The notes: generated by a model not told the origin, from the letters alone. A stretch of 64,000 bases of DNA from Paragordius varius (GCA_964247055.1 OZ176055.1:7750001-7814000), one strand, 5' to 3'. Counted from the first letter of the stretch, positions 11,286 to 24,914 are shown. Numbers and translations: made by a program.

Positions 11286-13532
11286 GTAAATATATTATTT
11301 ATTTTAATTTTGTTAGACATTAAAAAGTGTCTAGACAGGATTGATTTTATGCTTGTTTATATGTGTTTTGATATTTAATTTATGTTTTATCAAACTTTAT
11401 GCAATATGTAATTATGTATGCAAATAGCCCGTATACCTTAACATACATATGCTGAATATCTTTTTTAGCATTTACATAAATGGTCGGATGTACCATTTTT
11501 CATTAAACTGTTAAAAATATGAACTTTTTCACAGTTAAATTAGATGTTTTACTCTTTTCAGTCAAAAAAAGTTGTTTTTCTTATTTTACATTCAAATTCT
11601 TAAACACATTTTATATTTAAAATGTTTTAAAATAATTTGTCTAAAATAAACATACATCTAAACATAAATGCAAAAATTTGCATTTCAAGGATAAATTTCA
11701 TAGTAGAATAGCTACTTCCGATTAATAATTTTTGATAAATATATATAATGATCTATAATTATATATAATTTTATTAGACATATGTCTGTTTGATCATTCT
11801 ATTTTTAAACTTAAACAAGTATTCCTAAAAAATTTGGGTTTTAATTTAATCTTTAATAAATACTGTTCGTTTCTAACCTAGTTAACATACCCTTAAATTT
11901 ACATAATCCATATCATAACCTTTTTTTTGATCCAAATTCATTTAATATAAATGCATTTATATATCTTTTTTGATTGGTGCCAAAATGTTTCATTTTATTT
12001 TTTTGAAGTAGATATCCTGCCTTTTATATTTATGAATAATACGGTTGATTTTTTTTAATATTAACATTACAAATTTATTTTAAACCTCTCAAATATTTGA
12101 TGTTTTTATAATCGAAATTAAGATATTAACTATTAAGTCCGCTTTCACTCTTTTCCATAAACTATATACATTTATGAAATAATTTATTTCTTCATTAAGA
12201 CCTCATTACCTTTTCACTATTTTGTCCTAGTTATCTTTTTGGGTAGTTTTATATCCCGACAATTTAGTAAATTAACTACAGTTTTTTTTTCAGTTAAAAT
12301 TTAAATATCAAACATTGTTCTTATGTAAAAAAAGCTTATATTTGTTGCAGTTTTGTGGCTTCTAGAGAATTGGACAGCTTCAAAACCGATTGAAACGAAC
12401 TGTAATATTAAAATCAAAATTTAGTTTTTACTGGTAAAATGTAGCCTGAAAACTTTTTAAAGTATTTTTTTTACATTTTCTAACCATAATATATATTCAT
12501 CTACCTGTTGCATTAGCGATTTAAAAAAATTTGGGAAAAAAGTTAAAAAGGAGGATTTTTTCGCAATTTTACATTAAAAATTTTTTTTGTCTAATGCGCT
12601 TAAAAGAAAGATAGCATATTTTATTCGCCTTAATACCTTAAATACTCTTTAAAATATTCCAATTTAAATCATTCTGGGGTATAATTTTATTCTGGAGTGT
12701 TAACAGTCATACAATGATGTGTTATATTAATTAATATTTAAATTGATAATAATTGTATATGTGATTTCTGGTAACAAGCAAGTGTTTAACATTATGTTTT
12801 TGTTTTTTCCGAATTATTATACATTTTTAATTTGGTTTAATATTGTATTGGTTTATAAGTGCTAGGTTTTTAGATTTTTTAGAAACACCTCCAAAGTATT
12901 GTTACAGTTTCGATCTCTTGTATTAAACTTACCTTGATTCCTCTACATTAAATAATCAATTTTAATTTATAACTAATTGATGGTAATATTTTTTTTAATC
13001 CAACATGGTACTTATGATGGTTATTTACGAAGGGGCTAATATTGTAATCAATTCTGTACTGTTTCACATATTTCCAATTTTAATTTCTACTTATCGCATT
13101 TCACACGTTTTCAAACTACATATGTTACTTTCAGATAAATCCTGATAATATTTTAAAAATTTTACTAAACAAAAAGTCTTTAGAATTGGTTTGGGAAGTT
13201 ATATGTTGTGCATTCTTTAAACCAGTAATTTTTTACATAAGCGCCTAGAAATGATTAAAGCTAAAATTTGCCGATTCGTTTCTTCTGAAAACCAAAATTT
13301 TCACAATATATTAAATGATTCAATAAAAATGTATTAATTAATACGATGAAATATTTTAAATACATAATTATATTTTAGGACCGGGAGATTGCGTAATTAT
13401 AATTGTTTAAAATTGGGATACAACATAAATCATCATGGGTTGGCATAGACCAGGGCTGATTAAACTTTTGTTAATTCCCGACCCCATTTATGATTGCGAG
13501 TTTCTTAACGACCCCAACAAATATAAAAGAAA

Positions 13533-15762
13533 TCTATATATTTATAAAAATGGAAAGTGGTGGCTTTGTGATCTGTTTCCGGAAAACCGGTAGACCCATT
13601 CAAGTCCAAATATCGAAAAAATATCATTAATGAATGCCCCGACAATAGCTTCGTCCTTTTTTGAATTAGGCCCCCAGTGCTTACCCCGTGTAAAAAACGC
13701 GTTTTTTTTGAAAACAAAAGTCCACAAAAACCGTGTCTTTGAGGCAATTTTCCCAAAAACGTTTTGGACCATTCGATTTTAAATATGATTTTTTTACTTA
13801 TTTTCGATTGCGCCGAACATAGTCGGCTCGCTTTTTTAATTGGCCCTTTTACCCGCCCTCCCAGTAAAATGCCATTTTTTAAAAAAAGTAAGTCCACAAA
13901 AATAATTTTTTGAATCTATTTTTCGCCCAAAGTATAAGACCGTAAAATTTCAATGAAAATTCCAGGTATGCCCTGTCAAATGTAAAAATTTTAGTCCAGC
14001 GTTTCTTTGATGATAGCTGCTGGGTAAGGAGCGCCAAAAACTGCCCCGTCATATCGAAATAACGTGCCTTTGGGGCTAAATTTCAGAAAATTAATCATGC
14101 CATATGAGTTTAATAGCTGCTTAAGATATTACCCGTAACAAAGCAAAAATTTAGGTGGTGCAGTTTTTTAAATTTAGCCGTTAATTAGGCCCTTTACGCC
14201 CTGAAAAATGCGCCACCATAGAATGATTTTTAATTTTGAGGCAATTTTTCCAAAAATTATTGAGAGCATATGGAATCAATCATGATTCCAGGTATTCTCC
14301 AAAAAAGGCAAAATTTTAATCTAGCGCTTTTTTTGTATCAGCCTCTGGGTAGGGAGCTACCCGCCTAAAACTAGCCACCATATCAAAATTGCGTTGTTTA
14401 GAAGTAAATTTTCAGAAAACTTATCAGCCCATATAAGTTTTATCAGGGCCTGAAATATTACCCGCAAAAAGGCAAAAATTTAATTCGAGCGGTTTTTTTA
14501 AATTAGCCGTCAATCGGCCCTTTACGCCCTAAAAAATGCGCTATCATCGAACTATTATTTAGTTTTGAAGCCATTCTTCCAAAAACTATTAAGAGTATAT
14601 GGAATGAATGATAAAACTGCGCCACCATATCAAAATTGCGTTGTTTAAGAAATATTTTCAGAAATCAGACCATATAAGTTTTATTAGGGCCAATATTACC
14701 CGTAAAAAGGCAAAGTCGAGCGGATTTTTATTAGCGGTTAAATAGGCTCTGGGTAAGGGGCTATCCGTGTAAAAATGCGTCATATCGATACAGCATGCCT
14801 TAGGAGCCGAATTTCAGAAAACTTATGAGACTATGTAAGTTCAATAAGGGCCTAAAATATTTATTAGCCCTTAAAAAACAAATATTTTAGTATAGGGGGT
14901 TATTTTAATGAGTTAAGAAAAGTTTCACGCCCTGAAAAATTCGCCTCCATAGAACAATTTTTTATTGCAGCAATATTTCCAAGGACTTATAAAAACATAT
15001 GGACATTATAATTCCAGATCCCCATATAAAGACAAAATTTTTTTCCCGACGCTTTTTTATACCTGGCTCTGGGTAGGGAGCCACCCGCTAAGAACTGCTC
15101 CACTATATAGATAATACGTTGTTTTGAAACTATTTTAAAGAAAACTTATGCTATGAGCTCATTTAAAGTTTGAAATATTATCCGTAACTAGGTAAAAATT
15201 AAGGTCAGGCCCTTTTTATTAGCCATTAATTTGGGGCTTTTGTGCCCTAAAAATACGCCATCATATAACGATTTAGTGTTGAGGTATTTTTCGAAAAACC
15301 CATGAGACGATGGTCTTAAAGATGATTCCAAATATTTTCCCTATAAAGGCAAAAAATTTAACTTAGCGCTTTTTCCATATAGGTCTATGGGTAGGGGTCT
15401 ACCGGTTTAGAATTGAGACGCCATACAAAAATGGCGGGACTTTGGAGCTAATTTAAAAAATCTTAAGAAACCATACGAGTTCAATAAAGGCTTTAAATAT
15501 TACCCAGAAAGGTAAAAATTATAGTATAGCGGTGTTTTCTAGCCGTCGGTTTGGGGTTTTTACACTACTAAACAATATATTAGTATGAATGCACCGTTTA
15601 GAAAATCCTATGATAGCGATTAAATAATATTTCGGTATAATCCACATATATGGAGCATTTTATTGATCCTTTTTTTTTCAAATAACCTCCCCCCCCCCCC
15701 CCCCCCCCCCAGAAGTCCGAAGGACTTCCTCGGGCTGCGTAGCAGCACGAGATTTACGCTAG
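13533..15762 (+). mobile_element. Non-autonomous Helitron family copy 2 (2230 bp, with internal tandem array)
   Basis: 5' TCTATATATTTATAAAAA. 3' hairpins GAAGTCC-GAA-GGACTTC and CTCG-G-GCTGC-GTA-GCAGC-A-CGAG, then CTAG. Inserted between A and T with no TSD. The host hAT sequence is continuous at the equivalent position in the 26085-26371 MITE. Confidence 0.88.
13932..15567 (+). repeat. Diverged ~320-bp tandem array (about 5 units) inside the Helitron
   Basis: Anchor motif TGGGTA(A/G)GG recurs at 14021, 14346, 14750, 15070 and 15388, together with ATATTACCCG and GCCACCATAT motifs. The array is absent from the other two Helitron copies. Confidence 0.8.
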
Positions 15763-18700
15763 TATAATATTTTTTGATGGTATATTTTTTAGGTAACAAT
15801 ATACATATGAATATGAAAATATATAAATTTAGAATTCGTTTTGAAACATATAAAAATTTAAAATCGAAATTTGCACAAAATGTTATAGAAATGTTTTTAT
15901 TATATCAAAAACAAAAGTGGATTCTGACCGTCTTAATTCTCTTGGATATATCCAAGTAGTTGCGTGGTAAATATTAAATTAAAGTTTACGTTAAAAATTT
16001 AATGAGATGAATGTGCCTGTTTTTTATTGCAAAACAAATCAAATCTTGGTGTAATGTTTGAAACTGCTGGACGTAAGACCTCTTCAACATTTTTTTATTG
16101 CTGAACAATATTGGGATTTAATGTGTGTTAAAGCTAAGAAAATAACATCACATAAAGGGGTGTTGAATGGCAGACGTACATATAACGCCATATCGGCGAT
16201 TGTGGAAAATTCAGTTCTAGTTCCGATCCAGAATTCAGTCAAGGGCTTTTTTTTAGAATTGTAGTTTTAAGTTTGAGTCACACGAAAGCTCAGCAAATTA
16301 CTCTTGATATGTGGCAGATGATCAATCTCACTTAAGCCAATCCAAAACGGCTTTATCCAAACTATATTTTGTAAATCAATATTTAAAATATGTCCGGAAC
16401 TTTATTTCTAGCTTTTTTAAGTGATCTACAAGTTTCTGAAATTTTTACAATAAATTTTCTCAATATAAAATTGTCGACACTGGAATTTCCAACGAATTTT
16501 TTTCGACTCTACTTTTCCAATGCTGATCTTTATAAAAAATTTTATCGTTTGAAGTAAATATATCGCAATTTTTTCCTTGAAGAGACTAATTCAGATCGTT
16601 TAAATTCGCAAAAATATCTGACAAATATGAGAGCTTGGATAGCCACAAATCATTATTACTAAAAAGCAGCATGCTATCCAGCTCTGTTATTTGTTAGATA
16701 TTTTTGCGAATTTAAACGATCTGAATTTGTCTCAAGGAAAAATTTGCTATATATTTACTAGAAACATTAAATTGAAAGCTTTATTTAAAAGATCAGCATT
16801 TGGAAAAGTAGGGTCGAAAAAAATTCGTTCGAAATGTTTTCCAGTGTCGACAATTTTGTATAGAAAAAATTTATTGTAAAAATTGCAAATTGTAGATCAC
16901 TTAAAAGCGCTAGAAATAAAGTTCCGGACATATTTTTTATTAAATATTGATTTACAAAATATAGTTTAGATTCAAAAGCCGTTTTGGATTGGCTTAAGTG
17001 AGATTGATCGTTTGCCACTTAAAGCTCATGATGAATTCGTTGAGCTTTCATGTGACTCAAACTTAAAACTACAATTCCAAAAAAGCCCTTGACTGAATTC
17101 CGGATCGGAACTAGAACTGAATTTTCCACAATCGCCGATATGGCGTTAAATGTACTTCTGTCATTCAACACCCCTTTATGGGAAGTTATTTTCTTAGTTT
17201 TAACAAATATCGTTCAGCAATAAAAAAATGTTGAAGAGGTCTTACGCCCAGCAGTTTCAAACATTATACCAAGATTTGATTTGTTATGCAATAAAAAACA
17301 GGCACATTCATCTCATTAAATTTTTAACCTAAACTTTAATATAATATTTACCACGCAACTACTTGGATGTATTCGAGAGAATTAAGACGGTCAGAATCCA
17401 CTGTTGTTTTTGAAACTATAATAACATTTCTATAACATTTGGTCATTTCAATTTTATATTTTTATATGTTCAAAACGCATTCTAAGTTTATATATATTCA
17501 TATGCATATGCATTTTTTTACCTAATAAATATATCATCAATAAATATTAATTTATTTTTCTTTAGTATTTGTTGAGGTCGTTAAGAAACTCGCAATCATA
17601 AATGGGGTTGTGAATTACAAAAGTTTTAGAAGCCCTGCTTTATATAAAGTGTCTAAGCAGGTAATTTTGATATAACGGACCTACCATAGTCATCCGTAAA
17701 AATTTTTATTAATTTGAGTCATAATTGATGTACATCTTGAATAACATAAATCCTGCGCCTATTGGTAATCATCAACTAGCCATATTGCGTTTTGGTTTGA
17801 TTAAAATCCAGGAATTTATTGAGAAGTTATTCTAAATATGCGTAGCCAGTATTTCTCATCATTTTCATTGATTCCACTTTGTGACAGCCATAAAGTTAAG
17901 TTATAACACTTTTCCCTAACATCTTAGAGATCATTGTATTTTCGAAAAACTCATTGATAGATTATCTTGCTTAACTATAGGAAAAAAATGTCTTGTGACT
18001 CCCTGTTCTCGGTATATACTGCCCTTATCGCCATTGCAATATCGGGTTTCTTTTTCCTCCCTATATCATCTCTACATTATTGATAATGCGACACTCATTT
18101 TGCTGCATAATCTTTTCCAAGTCATCACCATTTTGCAAATTAAGAATTTCTGCTCTTTATTTTAAAATTGTAGTTTTTACTCAATTAATAATTCTAATTC
18201 AGTGTTATGTATATTAACATATCTCTTAAGGTTAGTCAATTAAAGCTATTTAATCGATTGTAAATTTTCTAATGTAGAGCAAACTTACACACCCTTTGCC
18301 GATTGAGAATAATTTTTGCTCCGTGATTCTCAATTTTAATTAAATACCTTCAAATATGTCAAACTTCTGTAAATTTAAATTGCTCCACGTCAATTCTTAA
18401 AATTTCTTTTCACATATAGTCATTGTCTTTACGTTTTACCATTGTATATCAATACGGAAATAGGGTTGTTTTCGTTGTTTTCAACAGTTAAGAGTTTGGT
18501 TTCCGTTGCACATATTTAAGGTTTTGTTTTTAATAAAAGCATTTATAATTAATGTACATTGTATCGGCCTAGCATATTATTTTTTTCAATCTATATTAAC
18601 AAAAATATATATGTAGTCAAATTCAATCAATGGTTGTCTTAAAAGATGTGTTTTATAGCATATGTTCAATTTGACATGTGAACATACTCTATCATTGCAC

Positions 18701-21410
18701 GAATCTTGTATCTCATTGGTCAAAAATTTATATATATTTAAAAAAACTGCCGTGTAATGCATCCGACCGCTTTTATATTTGATGTTATAACTCTCACATG
18801 TTTTGTAATTCTACCAGACATTTTGAATTAACCAATTCTAATGCTATGTGCGACATAATTGTCGGTTAAGATTTTGGTGTAACAAAAGCTTTTAAATTAT
18901 TTCAAGTTTTTAATTATCATAATAATTAAATTGTAAATTTCATCAATCTTGAAAAGTTATCATATCAATAGTACCGTAATTGTATGAAAATAAATCGCAT
19001 ATTTTTTGGCACATTGTGTTTAATTAATTTGTTTAGAGGAAACTAAATGTACAACAAAATATTGTTGAGATAATGTTTCAGGTACAAAGGAAACAATGTT
19101 TGTTTTAAGCTTTATGTTCTTTATAAATGGTACCGATAGTGGTTCTAACTATAAAATAAATATAGCCTTGATTGCACGAACTGCAAAAAAAAGTTTAAAA
19201 TGCATTTGTATTTAAATTCTAATATTATGTCAAGGGATATATAGGTACTTAGCATCTTGAGTTGATATTCTGATTTTGAATACCAAATGTAAAATATTGC
19301 TAATTTTTTTAATATTATCTGAATATTATCATCGAAGAAATCGTGGCTTATATCATAGCATCAACGTTATCGACGAATTTTTGCAGTGGTAATTTAATTA
19401 AAAGTTTAGCTTAAAACAACATGGTTTAATATATTATTAGTAGTAAATAGGCTATGGCTTGATTGATATATTTTTACTGATAATCGAATGATAAAATAGT
19501 AAAATTTCATACCCTAAGAAAATATTTTACCAACGATATATGTGGTTTTTATTTATCTAGCTTATTTCGTAGACATTATACCTGATTTCTAATATTAAAA
19601 CTGTTCCATGTTATTTTTTATCTTAATTTTAGTATTTAAGCCACTCTATAATAAAGATTGATCTTATCGAACGATATTATTTTGTAAATTTACAAAAAAT
19701 AATAAGTTATAACATCTAACTATTAATGATAAATTTGAATATTATATTATACACACAATTTTGGGGACTTGAGATATTTCGAAATACTAATTTTTAGGAA
19801 GTTTGGGAAAGATTTCAGGTTTTCTGAAAATCGCTTAAAAACACGATTTTGCGGAGCCGTGTTCATGCGGTTGGGCTCTACACAAGGGTTTATTTAAAAA
19901 CGCTCTCATATGCTCCAGCCTTTTTTTAAAAAATATAAAATATTTTTTAAGACTCACTTTTTGCGATGAAATTTGACATTGAGTGGGATTAAACTTAGGG
20001 GAAATTCAAAAAAGGGTTCGACAATGTTCGGCGTTGCCAAAAAAATTGAAAACATTTTTGTATATCATTGAATATAAAATAATAATTGTAAAACGAAGTA
20101 AAATTCACAAATATTGGATAAGGAAAACTTTAAATGCGCTACTTAGTACTACAAGAGATCAATATCTTTATTGAAATAGCGCCTTTGAAAATGAGCGGAA
20201 TAGCGTTAAATTTGGGTCGGAGCAGGCGGCCTTTTTGTATTTATTAAAATGATAAACTCTTAAACTTACTAATTAGGTACGCGTCTGCAATTAGCATGTA
20301 TACATAAGAGGGCGAACTGCCCTGTAAATTAACAAAAGCGTAAAGTCGACTGCGGGCCGCCAGCGGCCCAAATAATTAACTCTAAAAAATTTTTAAAAAT
20401 TATGTAATTTTTCTCTTTACTGTGTCGTAATGCGGCACGTATCACAAACAGATTAATAAAAAACTTATACTTTTTCTATCTATATGAAAGAATTTCTTAC
20501 GAGGTGCAACATCCTTTTATTTGGCCATTTGCTACTGTATGGTCATATAATTACTTATAAACACTTGGATGCATTCTTGAAAGTTGTTCGGCATTATCTA
20601 AAATTTATTGGTAAAGGGGGATATATTTGATTGTAGGAAATGCCAAAACTGTAAAGTTTATTTTGATTCTTAATATTTAATTAAGGTTACAATAAAGTAA
20701 TAGGCTTTGTATGCAAATCAACGAGTGTGGAGAATTTAATGTGCATCGCAACTGCGAAGCGAAACATAAAAATGAACATAATGAATATGAAACTAAATCA
20801 TAAATTGAATCTTCAAAAAAATTATTAAGACAAATTATTTTGGAGAAAAGCTACCAGAAAAATAGCATATTAACCAAAACATCTTTGATATTTCAAAACT
20901 AATTGCAAAAAACACTAAATCTTATACTAAACGACAATTTTTCAAAAAATGCATTCTGGCTGTCGTCAAAGAAATTTAATAAAAATCCAATTTCTAAAAA
21001 TTTCGGCATATACCTTTGAACGTTTTAAAAAACAGTTGTATATTCATCTTTATGTTTGCACATAAGAATGGTAAAAGCATTATTCAGTTAGATTTACAAG
21101 TTTAGCGCACTGAAATTTTTATTTAAATGGGCTGCTGCCAGCCGACCCCTGGCGTACACGATACAATATAATATATAAATAGTTAAGAATGAAAATATTA
21201 TTCTATAATATCTCCATTCCTGAAAAAAGTTCCAATAAAGCATATCATTCATCTCTTTCGAGCGTCACCCAAAGTATGTATCATATTGAAAGCACAGAAT
21301 GCAACTTTTAGTGAACTAATCATTGACAGGCAAGTTTAAGTATGCTGGTCAATTCCATGATTAATATCGATTTCTAAATAATTCAAACATCTCATGAATT
21401 TTTTTAGGTC

Positions 21411-21712
21411 CCTAGCCTGTCCGAGCCTATCTTTTGCGGGTCTGTCACAAGTAAGTTATTAAGCATACATTATTATGATAGTGCGATTGTTGTAAATGCC
21501 ATGCGAATCTAATCATTAAAATATTTATTTCCTTAAACATTTCCGATAAAAATTGACCGGAGAAATGAGAGAATGTTTAATATTAAGATTATATCAGCAT
21601 GGCATTGACAAGGTTAATTACATTATGATATTGATATATTGTAAAGATAACTTGGTAGTGACTGATCCGTAAAAGATAGACCGTCATCAATGAAGGTTCG
21701 GGACAGGCTGGC
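21411..21712. mobile_element. Old ~300-bp palindromic MITE-like element
   Basis: CCTAGCCTGTCCGAGCCTATCTTTTGCGGGTCTGTCAC pairs with GTGACTGATCCGTAAAAGATAG...TTCGGGACAGGCTGG. Inner pair AATGCCATGC/GCATGGCATT. Centre near 21552. Confidence 0.65.
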
Positions 21713-23154
21713 ATAAAAATGTTATGGAATGTATTGTAATCGTTCAAGGACCTATGATCAGCTTTCTTGGAGTTGACCAGGATATCTCAAGTTGGGGCTT
21801 CCAAAATGATGCACACTTTAGTCTACATTTGAATGACGAGGTGAACATATTTTGGGGGATTTTTTTAGGAAAGATATGATAGAATGATATTTTGATTGTA
21901 AACTATTTTATATTTAATATCGTGTACGCTATTGTTAATTCATTCAGCAGGTAGTTCACTAATTGATATAGCACACATAATTACTGTGGTTTTAGTGTAT
22001 TATTATGAGAAATATTAAAACCATAAGCACCCCCTACCCAAATTTCTTCAGGTTCTAGTAAGGATATTTAACACCTGTTGAATCGTTACGCATATTCAGA
22101 GTTTTCCTCTTTGTGCATTACATATCGTATTACAATTATTATATAATTTAATAGTTTAAGAATATGATATCTTTTAATAATTCATAATTTTACTTTTCTC
22201 CTCTTTTATACTTGTGGAATTATTGATGTCATCAATTAAGATGTTAAACAAATTTATCTTCAGGATGAACCTACTTAGTATTCTCATTTTATTAATTTAA
22301 AAGTATATATGTTTTTTAGTATGTGATTTAACCCTTAAATTGCAAAATATATTGGTTTATTACCTTATTTTTTTGAATGTACAAATTAAAACTATGTTAT
22401 AAAACCCGGCCGTTAGCAACATGTTTTTTTCTGGTATATGGAAAAAAGGATTGTTTAATTATCATTGTATGAAATTTGGACCGTGAACATTTGTTAGTGT
22501 TGAATAAGTTTTTTATGTCAACCTTTTAATTTAAATTCAAAATTTAAATTGGGATAACAGATTGGGAAACTAAGGAATTATTTAAATGGTTTATTCATAG
22601 TCCTAATGTGCATTTATCAAGCGTGTGTTTATTCTCCTAACTACACTATTAAATTGGAATATAAAATATATAATATGGCCGATTTTTAATTCATGACCTT
22701 TTCAAAATATTCAATTATACGATATACCATAATTACTGTTGCTTTTTACAATTACTTTTTTTTGTTTAGAATTAATGCTATAAAAATTATTAATTCAAAA
22801 ACTTGGTCATTTAATGATAATTTCTGATGCGATTTTACTAAACCTAGTTTATTTATGGATAATAATGCTTTTGAAATGATACATTATCCGTGGTGTTAAT
22901 TCCCACATTCATATAAAATTTTCATCATTTATATCGTGTTTTGTTCAATTATAATTCAAAATTCCACCCAAAGTTATTGATTAGGATCACGATTTTTTTT
23001 GTAACATTGACGGACAATGACTAGTGTCTGTGTGTAGAATCAGTCTATATATTGGCCTCTTTTCTATTTTTGAGTGTGCCTTTTTATGAATTTTAAATAT
23101 CTATGGTAACCATCATTTAAAACAATTGGGGTATTATATTTAATCACTTTAAAC

Positions 23155-23425
23155 TAAGGTGACCAACGCGCGGCATGCGAAAAATTTGGAGATTATAATT
23201 TGCAAGAATATGCTTATAAAATCCATGTAAAATTATTAATCTTTATACAAATTTAGTAAATAAGTCTATAATTGGCAACGAACAAGAAAAAATCGTTATA
23301 CTGTCTTAGTAATATTCAGTTTAATGTTTAAAATTGAATAAAATATTTATAATATACCCATATAATTTATAAAATGGCCCGCTGAATTTTAAATGCTGCG
23401 AAGCGATTTGTGTTGGACACCCCTG
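23155..23425 (+). mobile_element. hAT (Buster/Charlie-type) MITE family E, copy 1
   Basis: Ends TAAGGTGACCAAC and GTTGGACACCCCTG. Exact 8-bp TSD CTTTAAAC (23147-23154 and 23426-23433) with central TA. Confidence 0.85.
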
Positions 23426-24104
23426 CTTTAAACCAAACTAACTTAAAAGGTATTTTTGGCTCTCTTTGAAACTCTTCAGCTAAAGTTTTAAATATTAATT
23501 TCTGGTTTTGTGGTATTTTTTTCCTGGGTATAGAAATAATAATAATTTTGGACTTAAGTTAAAATTATTTATTTGAATTTACTTTTACGTGAATTAAATT
23601 AAATTTTTTCATGTGATCATTGCAATATTTTTAATCATTTAAAAAACGTAGTTATATTAATTTTGACGCATGATATGAATATATTTATTTATAATTTTAT
23701 ATAGGTGAAAAATATTAAAAATTTATTTGAGTTTTGACCATTAAATTCAAATTGGGATTTAGTTGTTTTAACTTTGGCTTAAATTTTCCAGACTATCTTA
23801 TGAAAAAGATTTTTTATATGGTGTATTCTTCAAAAAAAGGAACATACATTATATTAATAGATTCGATTTCGTTTATTTTATACATGCAGCACCAATCCAT
23901 GTTAAATCCCCCTGGGGCATTTATGTTTGTCCATTTTTACTTTATACATCCCAACATAGAATTATTTTTTATACTTTTGCATTTATTCCAATTTTGGTTT
24001 CCCATACTCTAATAGCTTTCGGGCTAGTTCATTGTTGAATATTAGCCCTTCAATATTATTAGAATTTTTCAGCTTAAAGATAGATATTTTTTTATTTTTT
24101 CCTA

Positions 24105-24790
24105 CAGCACTTATTTGGGTGTGACCTCTGTGCTCTACTCCATTATTATGTATGATACTGGGTTGTAGTAAAAAAACTGGTTCAATAATGTAACAATAAT
24201 TTTATGTGTGTATGTGTAAAACTATATGGAGACGAAAATATTTTTGGGATATATGACAAAAAACGACTAGTGTGATTTGCCAATATTTTTTATTTATATT
24301 ATTATTATTGTCATTGTACTGCTGCGCGACCTAGAAATATAATCCTCATCTATATATATATATATATATATATATATAAGTATTGGAGGACTTTTTTTTC
24401 TGCCTTCTACTTTAAATATATATTAAATTTTTCGTTTTGCGATCGCGCGCGACACAGCATATATCCTTAAATATATATCTTCATCCTCTCACTTAATCCG
24501 TCTCTACTGAACCCTTAAGAGTTTATTTTGAGTGTTTTTGAAAAACGCGCTGTATATTTGATTTTAGACCTTGACCTTGTTTTTAACATGAAAGTGTAAA
24601 ACTGATTAAAATGAAAAGTTTGTCAACTTAGTATATATTATGTCTTAAAATAATTAACAAATTTGCCCGCAATTGGCTAATCAAAGGTAAAAAAGTAGTT
24701 TTTTAAAAAAATTCGAAAATTGAGAGTCACGTTGCATAAAAGAAAATAAAATCAAAAACTGATTTTCTCACCTGTTTTAACAATTTTAGT
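24105..24790 (+). repeat. Interspersed repeat family D, copy 2
   Basis: Collinear with 9018-9630, with an expanded (TA)n near 24350. Confidence 0.75.
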
Positions 24791-24914
24791 TAATTTTTTA
24801 AAAGATTAAAATGACAAAAATTTTATGGGCCTGTCTTTTAATAAGTTTCGACATATATTAGGTAAAGCGTCGTAAATAAAATCAGATTTTTTATATTAAA
24901 TTAAGTTGTCTATA

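Larger units (their letters stand above)
13451..17637. mobile_element. Palindrome built from two inverted 3' portions of a Buster/Charlie-type hAT element
   Basis: Both ends are the same CAGGGCT..TAAACTTTTGT..ATT terminus (13451 on +, 17637 on -). Arms 15763-16645 and 16672-17637 are reverse complements. The right arm encodes a decayed Buster-type C-terminus (YLLDIFANLNDLNLSQG...ELSCDSNLKLQF...PRFDLLCNKKQAHSSH stop near 17318). The left arm is interrupted by a Helitron. Confidence 0.85.

Noticed and set aside
11415-11430. Octamer ATGCAAAT/ATTTGCAT sites (here and near 2490, 20712, 26458, 49620) as POU autoregulatory elements
   Set aside because: An AT-rich 8-mer is expected several times by chance in 64 kb of this composition. 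The hits are not clustered and some lie in TEs.
15688-15710. Poly-C run as a G-quadruplex or regulatory element
   Set aside because: It is a homopolymer expansion at a position that is a short GGGG run in the 48.7-kb Helitron copy, and its length is prone to sequencing error.
23155-23167. TAAGGTGACCA as another end of the 2512-bp hAT family
   Set aside because: The following sequence, the partner terminus GTTGGACACCCCTG and the TA-centred TSD show it is a decayed end of a different, Buster-type MITE.
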